Shown here one piece after another: positions 1 through 12,300 of a stretch of 64,000 nt of DNA. A program made the translations under genes and the position numbers. The notes below the pieces were generated by a model. The model was given only the letters and a program-made list of their open reading frames with translations, made no database searches and was not told where the DNA came from. Position 1 is the first letter of the stretch. The number at the start of each line of letters is the position of its first letter. This stretch comes from Trichoplax sp. H2 (lineage: Eukaryota): assembly GCA_003344405.1 (NCBI GenBank), contig NOWV01000243.1:1-64000 (forward strand), given 5' to 3'.

Positions 1-449
1 ACTAACGAAATGGGAAATACAAGCAATAAACCCACAATCCATACTGTTATAGCAAATTTACCGCTATGCTTATAAATCGTCGACGTATGCTTGAATCGAT
101 GAGGATCACTCACAATTTTCAATCTATATAAGCTTATTAACGTTAAACTTAATGTTGAAGCAAAATAGGATATACCAAAAATAGTGCAAAATACTTTACA
201 AATGATGTTACCAGCATTTAGGAGCTGTAGAGACTTCCTATTAGAAAACGAGAATACTATCAACACTTGAATTGCGGTGATAAGATCCGAGACGGAAATA
301 TTAAGGACAAAAATATACGATGGATCTTTTAATCTATTAGAGAAAATAATAATACTTAGTAGAGCCAAATTACCAACTATACCTAGAATAGAAACCGACT
401 GCATCGGGATATTCATATCAATAATATCAGTATTATTATTCATGTCCAT
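1..449 (-). CDS. Rhodopsin-family (class A) GPCR, 5' part (TM1-TM4); runs off the window start
   Basis: Manual translation from ATG 449 is open to base 1: MDMNNNTDII...SILGIVGNLALLSII (TM1 GN), LKDPSYIFVLNISVSDL (TM2), ICKVFC...SLTLISLYRL (TM3, DRY-like YRL), AITVWIVGLLLVFP (TM4 W/P). Not in the ORF track because there is no stop inside the window. Confidence 0.85.
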   Translation of the reverse strand, partial: MDMNNNTDIIDMNIPMQSVSILGIVGNLALLSIIIFSNRLKDPSYIFVLNISVSDLITAIQVLIVFSFSNRKSLQLLNAGNIICKVFCTIFGISYFASTLSLTLISLYRLKIVSDPHRFKHTSTIYKHSGKFAITVWIVGLLLVFPISL

Positions 450-2449
450 GCTGCTAGGTTGTAGAAGTGATTTGGCAAAAGATGCAGTTCTACTATATAG
501 CGATTGATTACATCAAAACAGTTTAATTAGAGCTATTTTTATTTTAGTAATGACAATTACCTTTCAGTATTGTCTTTAAATCGTCAATTTGTTTTTCTTT
601 AACATCTGTAAAATCTAAAATATTTCAGTGACTTTTATCAAATCCTGTAGCTATCAAAATTACTCAGTACATATCCTCATTATAGTTATTGTTTAAAAGC
701 CAATTGCAGGAATACACCCCGTATTTGATTGTATTGATAGATAAATTTGATATACGAGTAGCTAAGCTTCTAAAAATAGATAATTATCATGATGTAATAT
801 TAGATGATCGTTAGTTACAATATTAGAAATTGTTGATTACTAATGTCTATTAGCAAGCTTGCTAAATATGGTAGATAAATCTATGCAACTTGATGTACTG
901 TAATCATAAAGATGCCTAGCACCATACAGTGTTGGATATTAATATGAGAGTTATGATATTTTAAGCAGTCTTCTGTTTGATAATACAAGTCTGACTGTAG
1001 GCAGTAGAGTAAATAGATTAAATGAAATGAATTTAAGAACTGCAGAGATGAGTTTGGAGTACACTAGACTTTACTTCTTTTAGCTCAAGATACTATAGTC
1101 TAGATTCATGTCACTAATTGATTAATTATTGCTCTACTATCATTAAGCTTTGTAATAAAAGTCGTTTTTATAAATTCTATATAGACAAAGACAATTTTTT
1201 GGTAAAATAATTTTATAAAACCGATTTGAATGCGAAATTCGTGTATTTAAATTTGTTACTCTGTTAAAGTAAGAGATTGTACAATATATAGAATTTGGTA
1301 TCGTACTAGCAGTACTACGTAGTAATATCTTGTACGAGAATTTTCAGAAATCCAATTCTTTTGGTTTGCTACTATTTATCATTATCCAGGAAAATTTATT
1401 TAGGATAATTCAGTGTCCATATACAGAAAATTGCAATATTTGGCCATTTTCTTTATTTAACAAACTTGGAAGTCATTTGAATTAGAATACAATGTCATAA
1501 ATTACTTTAATTGCCTAGACTTGCTGAATAAGAATTCATAAATACACTACTGAAATTTGATATTGAAAATAAAGCCAAGGTAAAAACTACTTATTCTTCA
1601 TCAAGATTCCGTTGTAATCTTCAGGTATGTTATTAGAATAGGTAAAGTCCATTATGATTGTCTAATAACTATAGCTTTCTAAGCGATTAGTCAGTTTTGA
1701 AACGCTTTTACTAGTTCCACCCTACAAAACCTTATTGAGATTTATCTACACGGCGTAAGACTATTCAATTTAATACTATTCAATCCGCTAATAGGTATCA
1801 ACGAGTAAGTTTCGATTAGAGAAATATTTTAGTATGTAGACATGTTAACGTAAATACTTTCACTAGCAGAATTCAAAACCTGAGCCTTAGGACTATTTAT
1901 TATAATACTCGTATTAGGTGATCAACAAAAGTTATAAGGTACTGCAATTACTGACTAATTCGAAATGCAATAATGATGGTTGCATTATCACACCTAAATG
2001 AAGAATAAAGAGTCAATACTGTTCAACTAATATACTTTTATATCATAAGATCTACAGTAGTAAACACCAGAGAGTTAATAATCTCCGCTGGCACAATAGC
2101 AGAAATAGATTTTTGGACAAGGTCGTGAGATATACCATCCGGAGCTCCTAGAAACTTTCTTCTCCAAGTTTTATAGTATAAAAGTATATAAAAGCGAAAT
2201 TTGATCTACTGTCCAAATATAAGAAAGTACTGGCCATTAAATTTAATAACTTTAAAATTACTAGCAAGACAAACAGAATTTTATACTGCACTACAGGAAA
2301 TAAACGTGATACTGTAACTTAAATGGAGCATTTATGTCAACCGTTTGAGTACCATAAGTAATACTGACCCTGCAGTGTACCCCAATAAGTAATATTCAAT
2401 TATTCCTTAATGAGCACCAGAATTTGCGACTGAAGTACACGCGTATATT

Positions 2450-3350
2450 AGATTGAATGCTTTTATTAAGAACTAAAATAATTAATTGGTTAATTAGACA
2501 GGTTAAATAACTAATTATAAATGAGTATTGAAATATACAGTACAAATTTCCCTTATCTTTATAAATATCAGTTAGGGTTTAGTGAGATATAGCTAAAGCG
2601 GTAACACTTACTAATGTTGGCCACGGTGCTGGTATATACGGAGATATAGCTAAAACAAGCCCCTTAATAATACGTTTGGATCGCCTTCTTAGAGTTGTAT
2701 TGTTTTGGCAGTAAGAGTTGGCTGTAACTTGAGAACATAGCTGCATTGCGACTATAAAGCAGCATGCCATCAAAATTACTAAAAAAACAATATAACACAA
2801 ACCTATTTAAATAATAACATAAACGATATTGAAGATGTGCTCATATCGATATGATGGTTCACAAGTATCTGCAAATCTCGTGTAATCCGTTATAAAATAG
2901 GTAGGAACTGCAAAATTGAATGCTAATCAACCAAACGGAGAGAATAGTTGAGAGTAAGTACTTGCAAATGGGTGATTTTTGTTTAAATCTAACAGAATTA
3001 CATACTGTTTGATATCGAATTGTACTAAGTAGAGATACGCTGAAGGCTGATACAGTGTAAGAAACATTATATATAAAATATAAAATTTTATATAAATTAG
3101 TGCCGTAAAGGTAAAAAATCTCAGGGCTAATAGCGGAAACGAAGAAGAGGATAAATATTTGTATTAAAGTCATAAGATCTGATACGACTAAGTTGCTGAT
3201 GAATCCATAAAATGGATCTTTTAATTTCTTTTAATTAAGAATAAGGGTTAACAACATACAATTACAAAATATACCAAGAAGTGAAATAGAAGTCAAAGTT
3301 AAGTAGGCAATTCATTGATCTGAGGAAGTGTTTGTGATATTTGGAGCCAT
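2450..3350 (-). pseudogene. Class A GPCR pseudogene, paralogue of the gene at 1-449
   Basis: ATG 3350 MAPNITNTSSDQ*, with in-frame stops at 3312-3314 (TGA), 3231-3233 (TAA) and 2859-2861. Motifs LGIFCN, LKDPFYGFISNLVVSDL, SLLSTIRY, SVWLIS; TM5/TM6 in ORF 2579-2800 (APWP); decayed TM7-like LINQLIILVLNKSI near 2460-2500. The end coordinate is approximate. Confidence 0.75.
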
Positions 3351-3859
3351 AACTTATTAGAACAGTAGCAGATACTATAACGTTACACTCTAGCTTGATT
3401 ATTAAAAAAATGAAATAATTTAAATAATTGTCGTCGTACACGTAGACCTCAATTTTGTTAAATAAAAAGATCGAAATTAACTGTAATCGGTCCGTGCAAA
3501 TTAAATTTTAATAAGGTTCACTAAGACTATTTTTAGTAATTACTTAAATATATACATTGCTTCATAACTTGAATAAGCAATTCAACAGTAGTATATAATG
3601 GTTCTACTAGTATGAATAAAAAATGTATGACGATTAATTAAAATGAAGATTATTTATTTTAATTAAAGCTGATACTCAAAGTTTTAAGCGGTATTAAACG
3701 GAAGCTGAGAAATTGCTACTGTGAAATAACAGATGAATTCACATATTTTCTATTAAGATATTTAGATAATATGGATTAATATTGTTTACTTACTTTAGAA
3801 TAGATACTCTAGATGCTATTTTAATGAAGTAATGTAGACATGGTAGCTAATATTTCAAT

Positions 3860-4416
3860 TATATGAAGAGTTTCTAATGTAGATATGTGATATTTAAATA
3901 TAGCACTAGCTTTTATGGTGATATATACCGCCTACTGAAATTAGTAATTTGATTAGGGAATCGAGAAGAATCTTCTTACAATTCAAATCACTGTGATTGT
4001 AATTTACTTATGCTAGATTGTAGATTATCGTAGAAATGTTCCGTGATAGGACATATTGTAATCTGATAATTTTGTATTAGTCATTCGATTTCTATGTTCG
4101 TAAATACTGTTATCTTCATTAGGTAGCAGTAGATAAAATTAGCTTTTGATTCATTATCAGGTTTCAACGTTAGTATTACTAACTAGGATATCTTTGCTAT
4201 TGTAAAACAGTATATAAATGCGATAAGTCGTACAATAAAGTAAGTTCTTATGATTCGTGTTTAACGTAAGATACGAGGCGTATAAGTCTTTTTGTAGTCT
4301 ATTAGTATAGGAAAAGTGTCCTTGAAAGAGTAGATACTGTTCCCTGATACGTGGTTCAGGGAATCGAATGATTGATTGTGCATTACGTTATCTTATTGCA
4401 AAGCTGTTTTGGAACA
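3860..4416. repeat. Dispersed ~550-bp repeat, copy 1 (inverted relative to 36462-37005)
   Basis: CATTACGTTATCTTATTGCAAAGCTGTTTT and TTCTATGTTCGTAAATACTGT have colinear reverse-complement matches at about 36467-36496 and 36769-36788. Confidence 0.8.
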
Positions 4417-5666
4417 ATTAATTTTTTCTCCTTACCTGGAGAGAGCCTTTTAGGGTTGATACTTAATTCCTTCCCAAACTAGGTTTTCATAGTCATTTAT
4501 TAGTAAAGTTTGTAAGCTTTAATATCTAAGCTAAGTAAATGCCATAAAAATAAACTATACTGAGATTATTAAAATTATTAATACTTGCGGCAACATTAAA
4601 TACGATCAATGCTCGTAGACAGGTAACAGAAATAGGATTTTCATCGAAAAAAATTTACTAAAGCTGCTAGTGATAAAATTAATATGGCTATTTATTAACT
4701 AAACGTTCATTTTGGATATCATTCGAAATATACAAGTTTCGAGGTTTAACATCAATACTTTTCTAATAGTTCTCAATTATGAAAAACATATATTTAACAA
4801 TTTAATCAAAACTGGATTATAAGCAAGCCTTTACCTTAATGCCTAATTACATCACTAGATTAAATGAATGGGTTTCAGAATAGAATATGAGAAATTATCG
4901 TACTCTGATAGTCTATCATTTTGGCACTAATAAATTCTACGACGGAAGCACTATAAGGCTAGTCGGATATATTAATCGCTACCTTGACTTGTCAAACGCA
5001 TCATATTAGTGTATATTCACTTTGTAGTGTATATGATTTTATGTTACCAATAAATATATTAGTAGTTAAAACTGTATCCGTTAAAGTAATAACACATTTT
5101 CATTACCGTAAAATTTAGCATCTTAAAGCTAATTAAATAATGGCTATATATAACATCAGTAAAGTTATATCTTCATAATCTTTCCAAAGAAATATCCCGC
5201 ACGATATTTACAAATGCAGATATACCTTATTGCATTTGATATGATATACTGAATAGATCAAGCAGTGAAGTGTAAGTTATACACCAGGTATGCTGTAACT
5301 TTGCACTATTCTATCTTTGCAACTAGTACAAGTCATACTACACACGTTCAATTCCAAATTATGTGGAGAATACAGCCTTTATAATATAGAAAACTGATTA
5401 ACTTTTAGAGATTAAACGTTCTACTTCTCGTCGTATTCAATAACACAGAAATATAACTTCTATTTTATTTTATGATCAAAATTAGCTGTCAGTTTTATTA
5501 TGTGAAAGCATAAATGCTATTCTAACTAAACTAATACCGCAAAGTACCACATAAGCGTTCCCTTTCATGATCTTACAGATGAATTTCCTGGGGGGCCCTT
5601 ACCAGGTACTTGTGAATTTTAGTAAACGGTAAGCGCCCCTCCCTTCCAAGGAACGGGTTTAAGTGG

Positions 5667-5800
5667 TCAAACAATCAAGTCATAAATTAATCAAGTTATC
5701 AATCAATCAATCGAGTGATCAAACAGTCAAGTGTTCCATCAGTCAAGTGATTGATCAATCAAGCGATCAAACATTCAAGTGATCAATCAATCAAGAGATT
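5667..5800. repeat. Degenerate minisatellite built from TCAA/TCAAGTGATCAA units
   Basis: About 8 recurrences of a (A/G)TCAAG(T) core separated by TCAA/GATC motifs. Confidence 0.65.
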
Positions 5801-5950
5801 TAATCCATAAATGCAATCGGGCCAGTTTGACTTGGTATGAAACGACGTTTACAAATTTTATTTCTTTTAATGTAGTACCATGCTATGAAACTGCGTACAG
5901 CGCGTTTGGGTATTACGTTACCAAACCATTACACATTAAGTAACGATGTG

Positions 5951-6538
5951 TGTCACGGTACGCCGTTACTAATTAAGTAACTGTAAATTAATGAATGCTT
6001 ATGAATAGATAAGATAAGGTTATGTGCTATGTTTTAATGCGCTTGTAGCTGATAATAGGATGGTAGAAATGAGATAAAAATAGAAGTTGTTAGCAGTTGG
6101 TTTACTGTAGGTTTATAAGGTATGTTAATCTCTAAAAATTGAGCTGTATATGGATGAAGGTTAAGCGTCTTAACACCTGATAGCTTGTAGCTATCTAAGT
6201 CTGAGAATATCGACATGTATATTTAGTAATGGTATTTTACTAATTAATGTAACTTGTAAAGCATGAATTCTCACTCGTTAATATTGGAATTCACTGTAGA
6301 AACCTATTTAAGTGCGTGTGTTTGTAGAATAAAGAAAGTAATTGCTCAAGAAACGGCAAGACTCATATCGTGAAGAATAGTGTAATAATTAGTCAGTTGT
6401 CTGTGGAGATCAGCCGAGAAATCGAGTTCTCAAATACTTCTCTCATAGAAACTGAAAGTACTGGGAGAAATAGCCCAAGTTTTAAGTAACTACACTAGAG
6501 TTCTTTACTTTCCTTTGCCACAAGTGAGGGTTGTGACA
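5951..6538 (+). mobile_element. Solo LTR, family B (588 bp)
   Basis: Inverted termini TGTCAC...GTGACA; 5-bp TSD ATGTG at 5946-5950 and 6539-6543; internal TATTTAAG (6305) and AATAAA (6328); a second near-identical copy at 6852-7136 has a different 3' flank. Confidence 0.85.
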
Positions 6539-6851
6539 ATGTGATGTAGGATTAACTTAATATTTTATCGATACTTTAATGCCGTAATGTTAGTGCTGTA
6601 TCATGTAACTTATATATTTTCTTCTACATCATCGGAATCAAGTATAGGACTATAATTACCGCCTTCCACCTTATCATCTAAATCTATACTTTTGCTATCT
6701 TCACTGTTACTCGCGCTATCAGTTCTTAATTGTCCAGTAACTCTCGAAAATTGAAATGATAATAATCATAATTATCTTTCCTAATAAGGTGACGCTATAG
6801 CACATTTCTGTAGTCTATTTGACCCAAAATANNNNNNNNNNNNNNNNNNNN

Positions 6852-7136
6852 TTGTAAAGCATGAATTCTCACTCGTTAATATTGGAATTCACTGTAGAAA
6901 CCTATTTAAGCGCGTGTGTTTGTAGAATAAAGAAAGTAATTGCTCAAGAAACGGCAAGACTCATATCGTGAAGAATAGTGTAATAATTAGTCAGTTGTCT
7001 GTGGAGATCAGCCGAGAAATCGAGTTCTCAAATACTTCTCTCATAGAAACTGAAAGTACTGGGAGAAATAGCCCAAGTTTTAAGTAACTACACTAGAGTT
7101 CTTTACTTTCCTTTGCCACAAGTGAGGGTTGTGACA
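6852..7136 (+). mobile_element. LTR family B, second copy (3' 285 bp visible; the rest is in the gap 6832-6851)
   Basis: Matches 6254-6538 with one substitution seen, and the match ends exactly at GTGACA. Confidence 0.8.
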
Positions 7137-7312
7137 TAGCCATATTAGTGACTCAACAGCTTACTGTATATAGTCATCTGTACTCTAGCATAGAGTCTCT
7201 ACCACTACAGTCTATAGTTACAGCTACCAAATATCTCTTAGGATAATTATCTACCGTACATTATACTACACATGGCTAACAGTCTACAATCACAATACTA
7301 AGTTACATTACA
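7137..7312 (-). mobile_element. LTR family A fragment (176 bp), interrupted by the LTR-B copy
   Basis: Colinear with 34931-35105 and ends at the same CATTACA terminus. Confidence 0.8.
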
Positions 7313-8579
7313 CATAGTAAGGAAAATAACAGGTCAAACCAATCTAGCATATAAGCCCGTACTAGTAAATATAGTATTATTTTCATAGAAGTAAAGATCG
7401 TGACTTAAAGACGACTTTTCATGCTTATGTTACGGAAATTGTACTTAATTTTTAACTGAATTGTATGTCTACAATCCCTGCTTCCACTAAATGATACCAA
7501 ATTAGTTTTGCAAAGATAATTACAAAAGGTTTATAATTGTTTTATAGAAAAATAATTTATAACTCGAGGGTTATACTTCTATGATACAAAATATATGCTT
7601 AACAAAATAATTTTCCGGAGCTATAGCTACCATATAAGTGTTACAGCTGCTCCAGTTTATGTTATCAAGTAATAAAACTCGATTTCAATCAGCTATTACT
7701 AACGCTAACGTTGTAAATAAACCATTACAATCACCAAAACAACTATTGTCCAGAAAAACTATGACCTATGGCGTAATTATAAAATCTTAATTTCGATAAC
7801 GAACTAATTTTATAATTGGATATGGTACACTGAATTTAATCAAGCTTAACAAATATTAGCGCAGATTGATAGCCCTAATTTAAAGCTTTAAATGAAAGTA
7901 TAATGGTTATTGTCTGGTAGGCCGAGTACATCATGAATACAGTACGTATTTCTTAATTTGAAAATATGCCAATTAATTTTTAAGTAATAAAGGTGTTAAA
8001 TTACAGTTTCAGGAGTTTAAAGCAAGCTATATGGGTACATTACATCTTAATTAAACTGAAAATAGTAGAAATAAGTGTCTTATCCTTCTCTCTTGCAAAT
8101 GAGCTCATTGCCACAACCTGTGGGATGATTTAAAGGTATAGCTTAGGTGAAATGAGAGCTGAAATCAAGTTTTGAATAACAGATCTGTTAATTTGAATGC
8201 AATGTAACGCCCATCAATAACTATCAAGATTTTCATCAAGCATCGTAACCATTTTAATATTCGATATGATGTTAAATACCTGTGCTACCAGCATTATAGG
8301 ATGAAATTGATTGATCAATAGACGGTTTGAGTATTCTACTCTTCGGCTATAGACTACTATTTTAAGCTCATAAATGAAGAAGTAAATAGTCTATGCCCGT
8401 ATTCTGCTACAGCAGCAAATATATTAGAAATATGCTTCTCCTCACGAATATTTTTTCTCTATTTAGGTTATAAATAGTTGACAATATCTCATTAACGTAT
8501 GCAAGAAAACAATTTAAATGAAATAAAATAGATAATGCCGTGATATTCATAAGGAAAATACTAAAATATTTCCATAAAT

Positions 8580-9310
8580 CTTAGCTATTTATCCACAACT
8601 TGCTTTTCTTAACGTTTCTCACTTTCTTTAGTTACTAGCAGTTCAATTTAAGACTGATTATTTGTAACAAATACAATTTATAGTTGCACAAAATATATTT
8701 TTACTTAATTTACTTCCTATTATAACAAAATATGAATTTTGGTAGAAATTTATTCATTATTAAGTGAATGCTTATACTACTAAACGTATTACCTTTTCTT
8801 ATCATAATTTACCAACAATTTACGTTAAGTAACCCATTCTAGAATTGTATAAATGAATCAATTCTCTTACTAATAACTGTTTATATCAATCTAATTTGTA
8901 AATACTAGTGTCACTAACATTAAGCCTTTGTTCCGTGATTCTATTATTCAATTCTGATGTCATTGAGCCATAAAAACATTAATTTTTAGAGAAACACAGC
9001 TTTTGATGTAGAAATTTTTAAGCAAAAGCATCGCATATAAATTTATAATGACCTTCGCTATACTATTCCACTTTGTATCAGCAATTTGAATTCGACAAAA
9101 CATACATATCTGATATGATTTTCGTACCGTATGTGTTCCTATTAATTTTAATAATCATAACATACTCGTACCCTATTAAGGGAATATTGGTTAATTATGA
9201 TACTACATGGCTTACATTTTATGAGATTGAAACAGTGCTTATTTTTTCATATTTCCCTATTAATACTTCTATAAATTCCGTCTTTATTTGTTTCTATCGT
9301 TAATGTAGTG
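8580..9310 (+). pseudogene. Possible heavily decayed GPCR remnant
   Basis: ORF 9073-9303 has TM6-like YVFLLILIIITYSYP and TM7-like YFPINTSIN segments; upstream frames are broken. Weak. Confidence 0.3.
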
Positions 9311-12300
9311 ATTGCAATAACAGACGTAATCGTATTTAGGTTATTTTATTATAGTATTCGTATTAAAACACGACCAAGGACACTGGGATGTGTTCACTTG
9401 TACTACTGCTGTTGTCCTTCTCTACGTGCTGAAAAAGTACAACTTGTTAACAGTGGGTTTAAGATCAAAATACCGAAATAAATAAGTAAACCTCTGAAAT
9501 CGATTAGAAAAGATCTAATAATTTTTATAAGAAATTGTATTTGGATTAAATCAGATAGTAAAAAGTTTACTTAATTTCATCACCATTAATATGCTATTTT
9601 TTGAAAAGATTCTGCTGTATAAATATTAAATAATTTCGGTGATACTTTAATAGTTCAAAAGGTAAGGTAATATTTCTTACATTAGTAATTATGAAAAAAT
9701 AACTTTTACAAAGTGACAATAAAGAATAATAAAAATAGCTTCGTTAAACTTTATTAAGATTATTGGTAATAACATCCGTTTAACTAACTCTTTTAAATAA
9801 TAGCTGTTATTCTATTCTAGACAACTTTATGTCTGGATTGATAACATTTGATACCCAAAAGACTAAGTATTTGTCCCTATGACTACCAATACAGAAATAG
9901 AAATCCTGATACATTTATTTCAAAGAATATCCTTGTACGTGATTACATCTAAAGTAGCATCTCGCAAACAGGAAGGCTCCTGAATTTATTAAAAGTGCAA
10001 AGTATCACCGGTGATTTTCCACTAGTTATGCATGCATGTATATTTATAGCCAATCAATTCAATCTGCTATTTAATTCATCAGATGAGACTACCAATTTGC
10101 TTATCATCACCATATGTGTAAATTTAAGACCAAAAAATTAATGGTAATCAACCCATTACTGTACACAAATAATTTATAATAAACAGACAGTTTACAGTAG
10201 GAGATGGCAATTTCCTGAATTAATATCATAAAAGTAAAATTTATCAGTATTTTCGTCATATCCGATTGATGTACGTTGCTATTTAAAACTTTAGATGCAA
10301 AATTTAATCCCAACTTCATCATTAACGTCATTCAATTCAAATCACTTGCACATTAACCTTCCGGCTATGGCATTATTGAATTATGTAATCATAATAAATA
10401 GACAATAACACTATTAATTTCCATAATAATAGATAAATTTGTGTTGATAACAATTAATTAATCGATTAATAGGATGTTATAATGTACACTCTGGTAATTG
10501 TCTAATAGTGTAATTCATTAGATGTGATCTGCCGACCGTAAAATAAATTAATCAAATACCGTATATAAATCGAATACAACTATCGTCAACCTAATAGAGG
10601 ATAACGGAAAACATCCATTTTTATTTAGTTATGGACAGATAATAGTCTCTTGAACCAAATTACACAATATATCTGTGATGTAATCATGATAAAATAATAT
10701 TATGAATATAGTTTCCAAATTGCATTCTTTCATTCCATGATGGATTAATTTTAAAAGCAAATAATGCTAATCTGGAATCATAGTAATCAAAATGATTTTT
10801 TTTAGAATCTCCTGCTAGTATATTGTCGAAAATACAGACTTATATAATATGAAGAGTGCTATCAATAAAAATAAAATTTTTAACCTTATTATAAAACAGG
10901 ATACTATATCATAATAGTAATTTAGTCATTGCACTGGCAGTATTAGCGTAAACGATCACAAAGATGATAAAATTAAGAGTAAATAGGCTAACTAAAATAG
11001 AAATCAATGTAAATTAAATCATTACAATTGCTGATTTCGTAATTAAAGAAGATGCGTTTTATCAATGACAATGTTTAATGATGTACTTCCATGTTGTCGA
11101 ACAAGGATTAGACCATCGATGATTTAAATAAATGTCAATAACTTCCTTCAAGTAACTACAATTGATATCATTTAACTGATTAGTTTATATCGAACAATTA
11201 ACCCAGATGGTTTATTTGAATATTGTTTATTGCAATGACGTCAGAATGATACAATTCCAAGAATGATGGAGTACGACAGCTCAGAGAAAAATGAGGCAAT
11301 AATGAGAGCAGGAGCGGATAGTTACTATGATTGAAATCCATGGTTAAATAGGCATAGCTATCGTCGATTTGTTCTCCACTTCATTGTTAGATTGAGTAAA
11401 TTAATTATAGAAATCTTTCAAGGAAAAATTTCAACCATTTCTTATTTAACTAAACCCATTCTTTCACTATCGTGTTCAAATTATCCGCCCTGGGGAATAA
11501 TCGCAAACTATCAGCACAATCACAATATATAATTACCGTGATAGTACAACGATTTTGTACAGAAGCTAGAAATGAGTTTTATTTCTTGCTCTTAAACATT
11601 ATAATGCGAAAACGATTACTATAATAAGGAAAATCCTTACATCCAAAAACCTCTTACGGTTATCAATTATTAGTTACTGGTGCTAACTCCTTTTTCAACC
11701 TTGATGAAATTTATTCTTATGTTTAAGATAAACTTTAAATATATCGAAGCATATGCTTGGTTTTATATTGCCTTTTTCTAAGCTCATAAAAATGAGATAT
11801 ATAACTGCACCTCCGCTATCGACAGCTATCCTGAATGGTTAAACTAAATTCTTACATTACAATAGTTATAAATTAAAGTAAAAATCTTATTTTGTTTTAG
11901 AAGAAAAAGTTAATTATGCAGTAAATGATTAAACAGCAAACCTTCCAACTAATTTATTTAAATTAATTTCATCATTGTTCTCCGATCTTACCTCAATTTT
12001 TGCGGATGGAGTTAATTAAACTTACTGTAAAGCCTTAGATTAAGACTGTCATCTATCATGTTGAGCTATGCTACGAAGTTAAATAAATGTTTCCTTTTCG
12101 ATTCCAATTTATCCTAAGCTACGCATATAAATTTACAGGAATGTCAATTTAGAGATGATCTAAAGATCAACTTTAATTTATTACCACTTAAACTTGTTTG
12201 CTTTGGATAGAAGCAAAGAAATTGAATTTTTTAAACTTTTATAAGCAGAGCTGCTAGGCTTTTTCAATTATAATAATCTAACTTAAATTTTTATTACCTA

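Noticed and set aside
7135..7317. CATAG...CATAG as the TSD of a 173-bp mini-element
   Set aside because: The left CATAG is made of the LTR-B terminal CA plus LTR-A internal TAG; the nested model explains it better.
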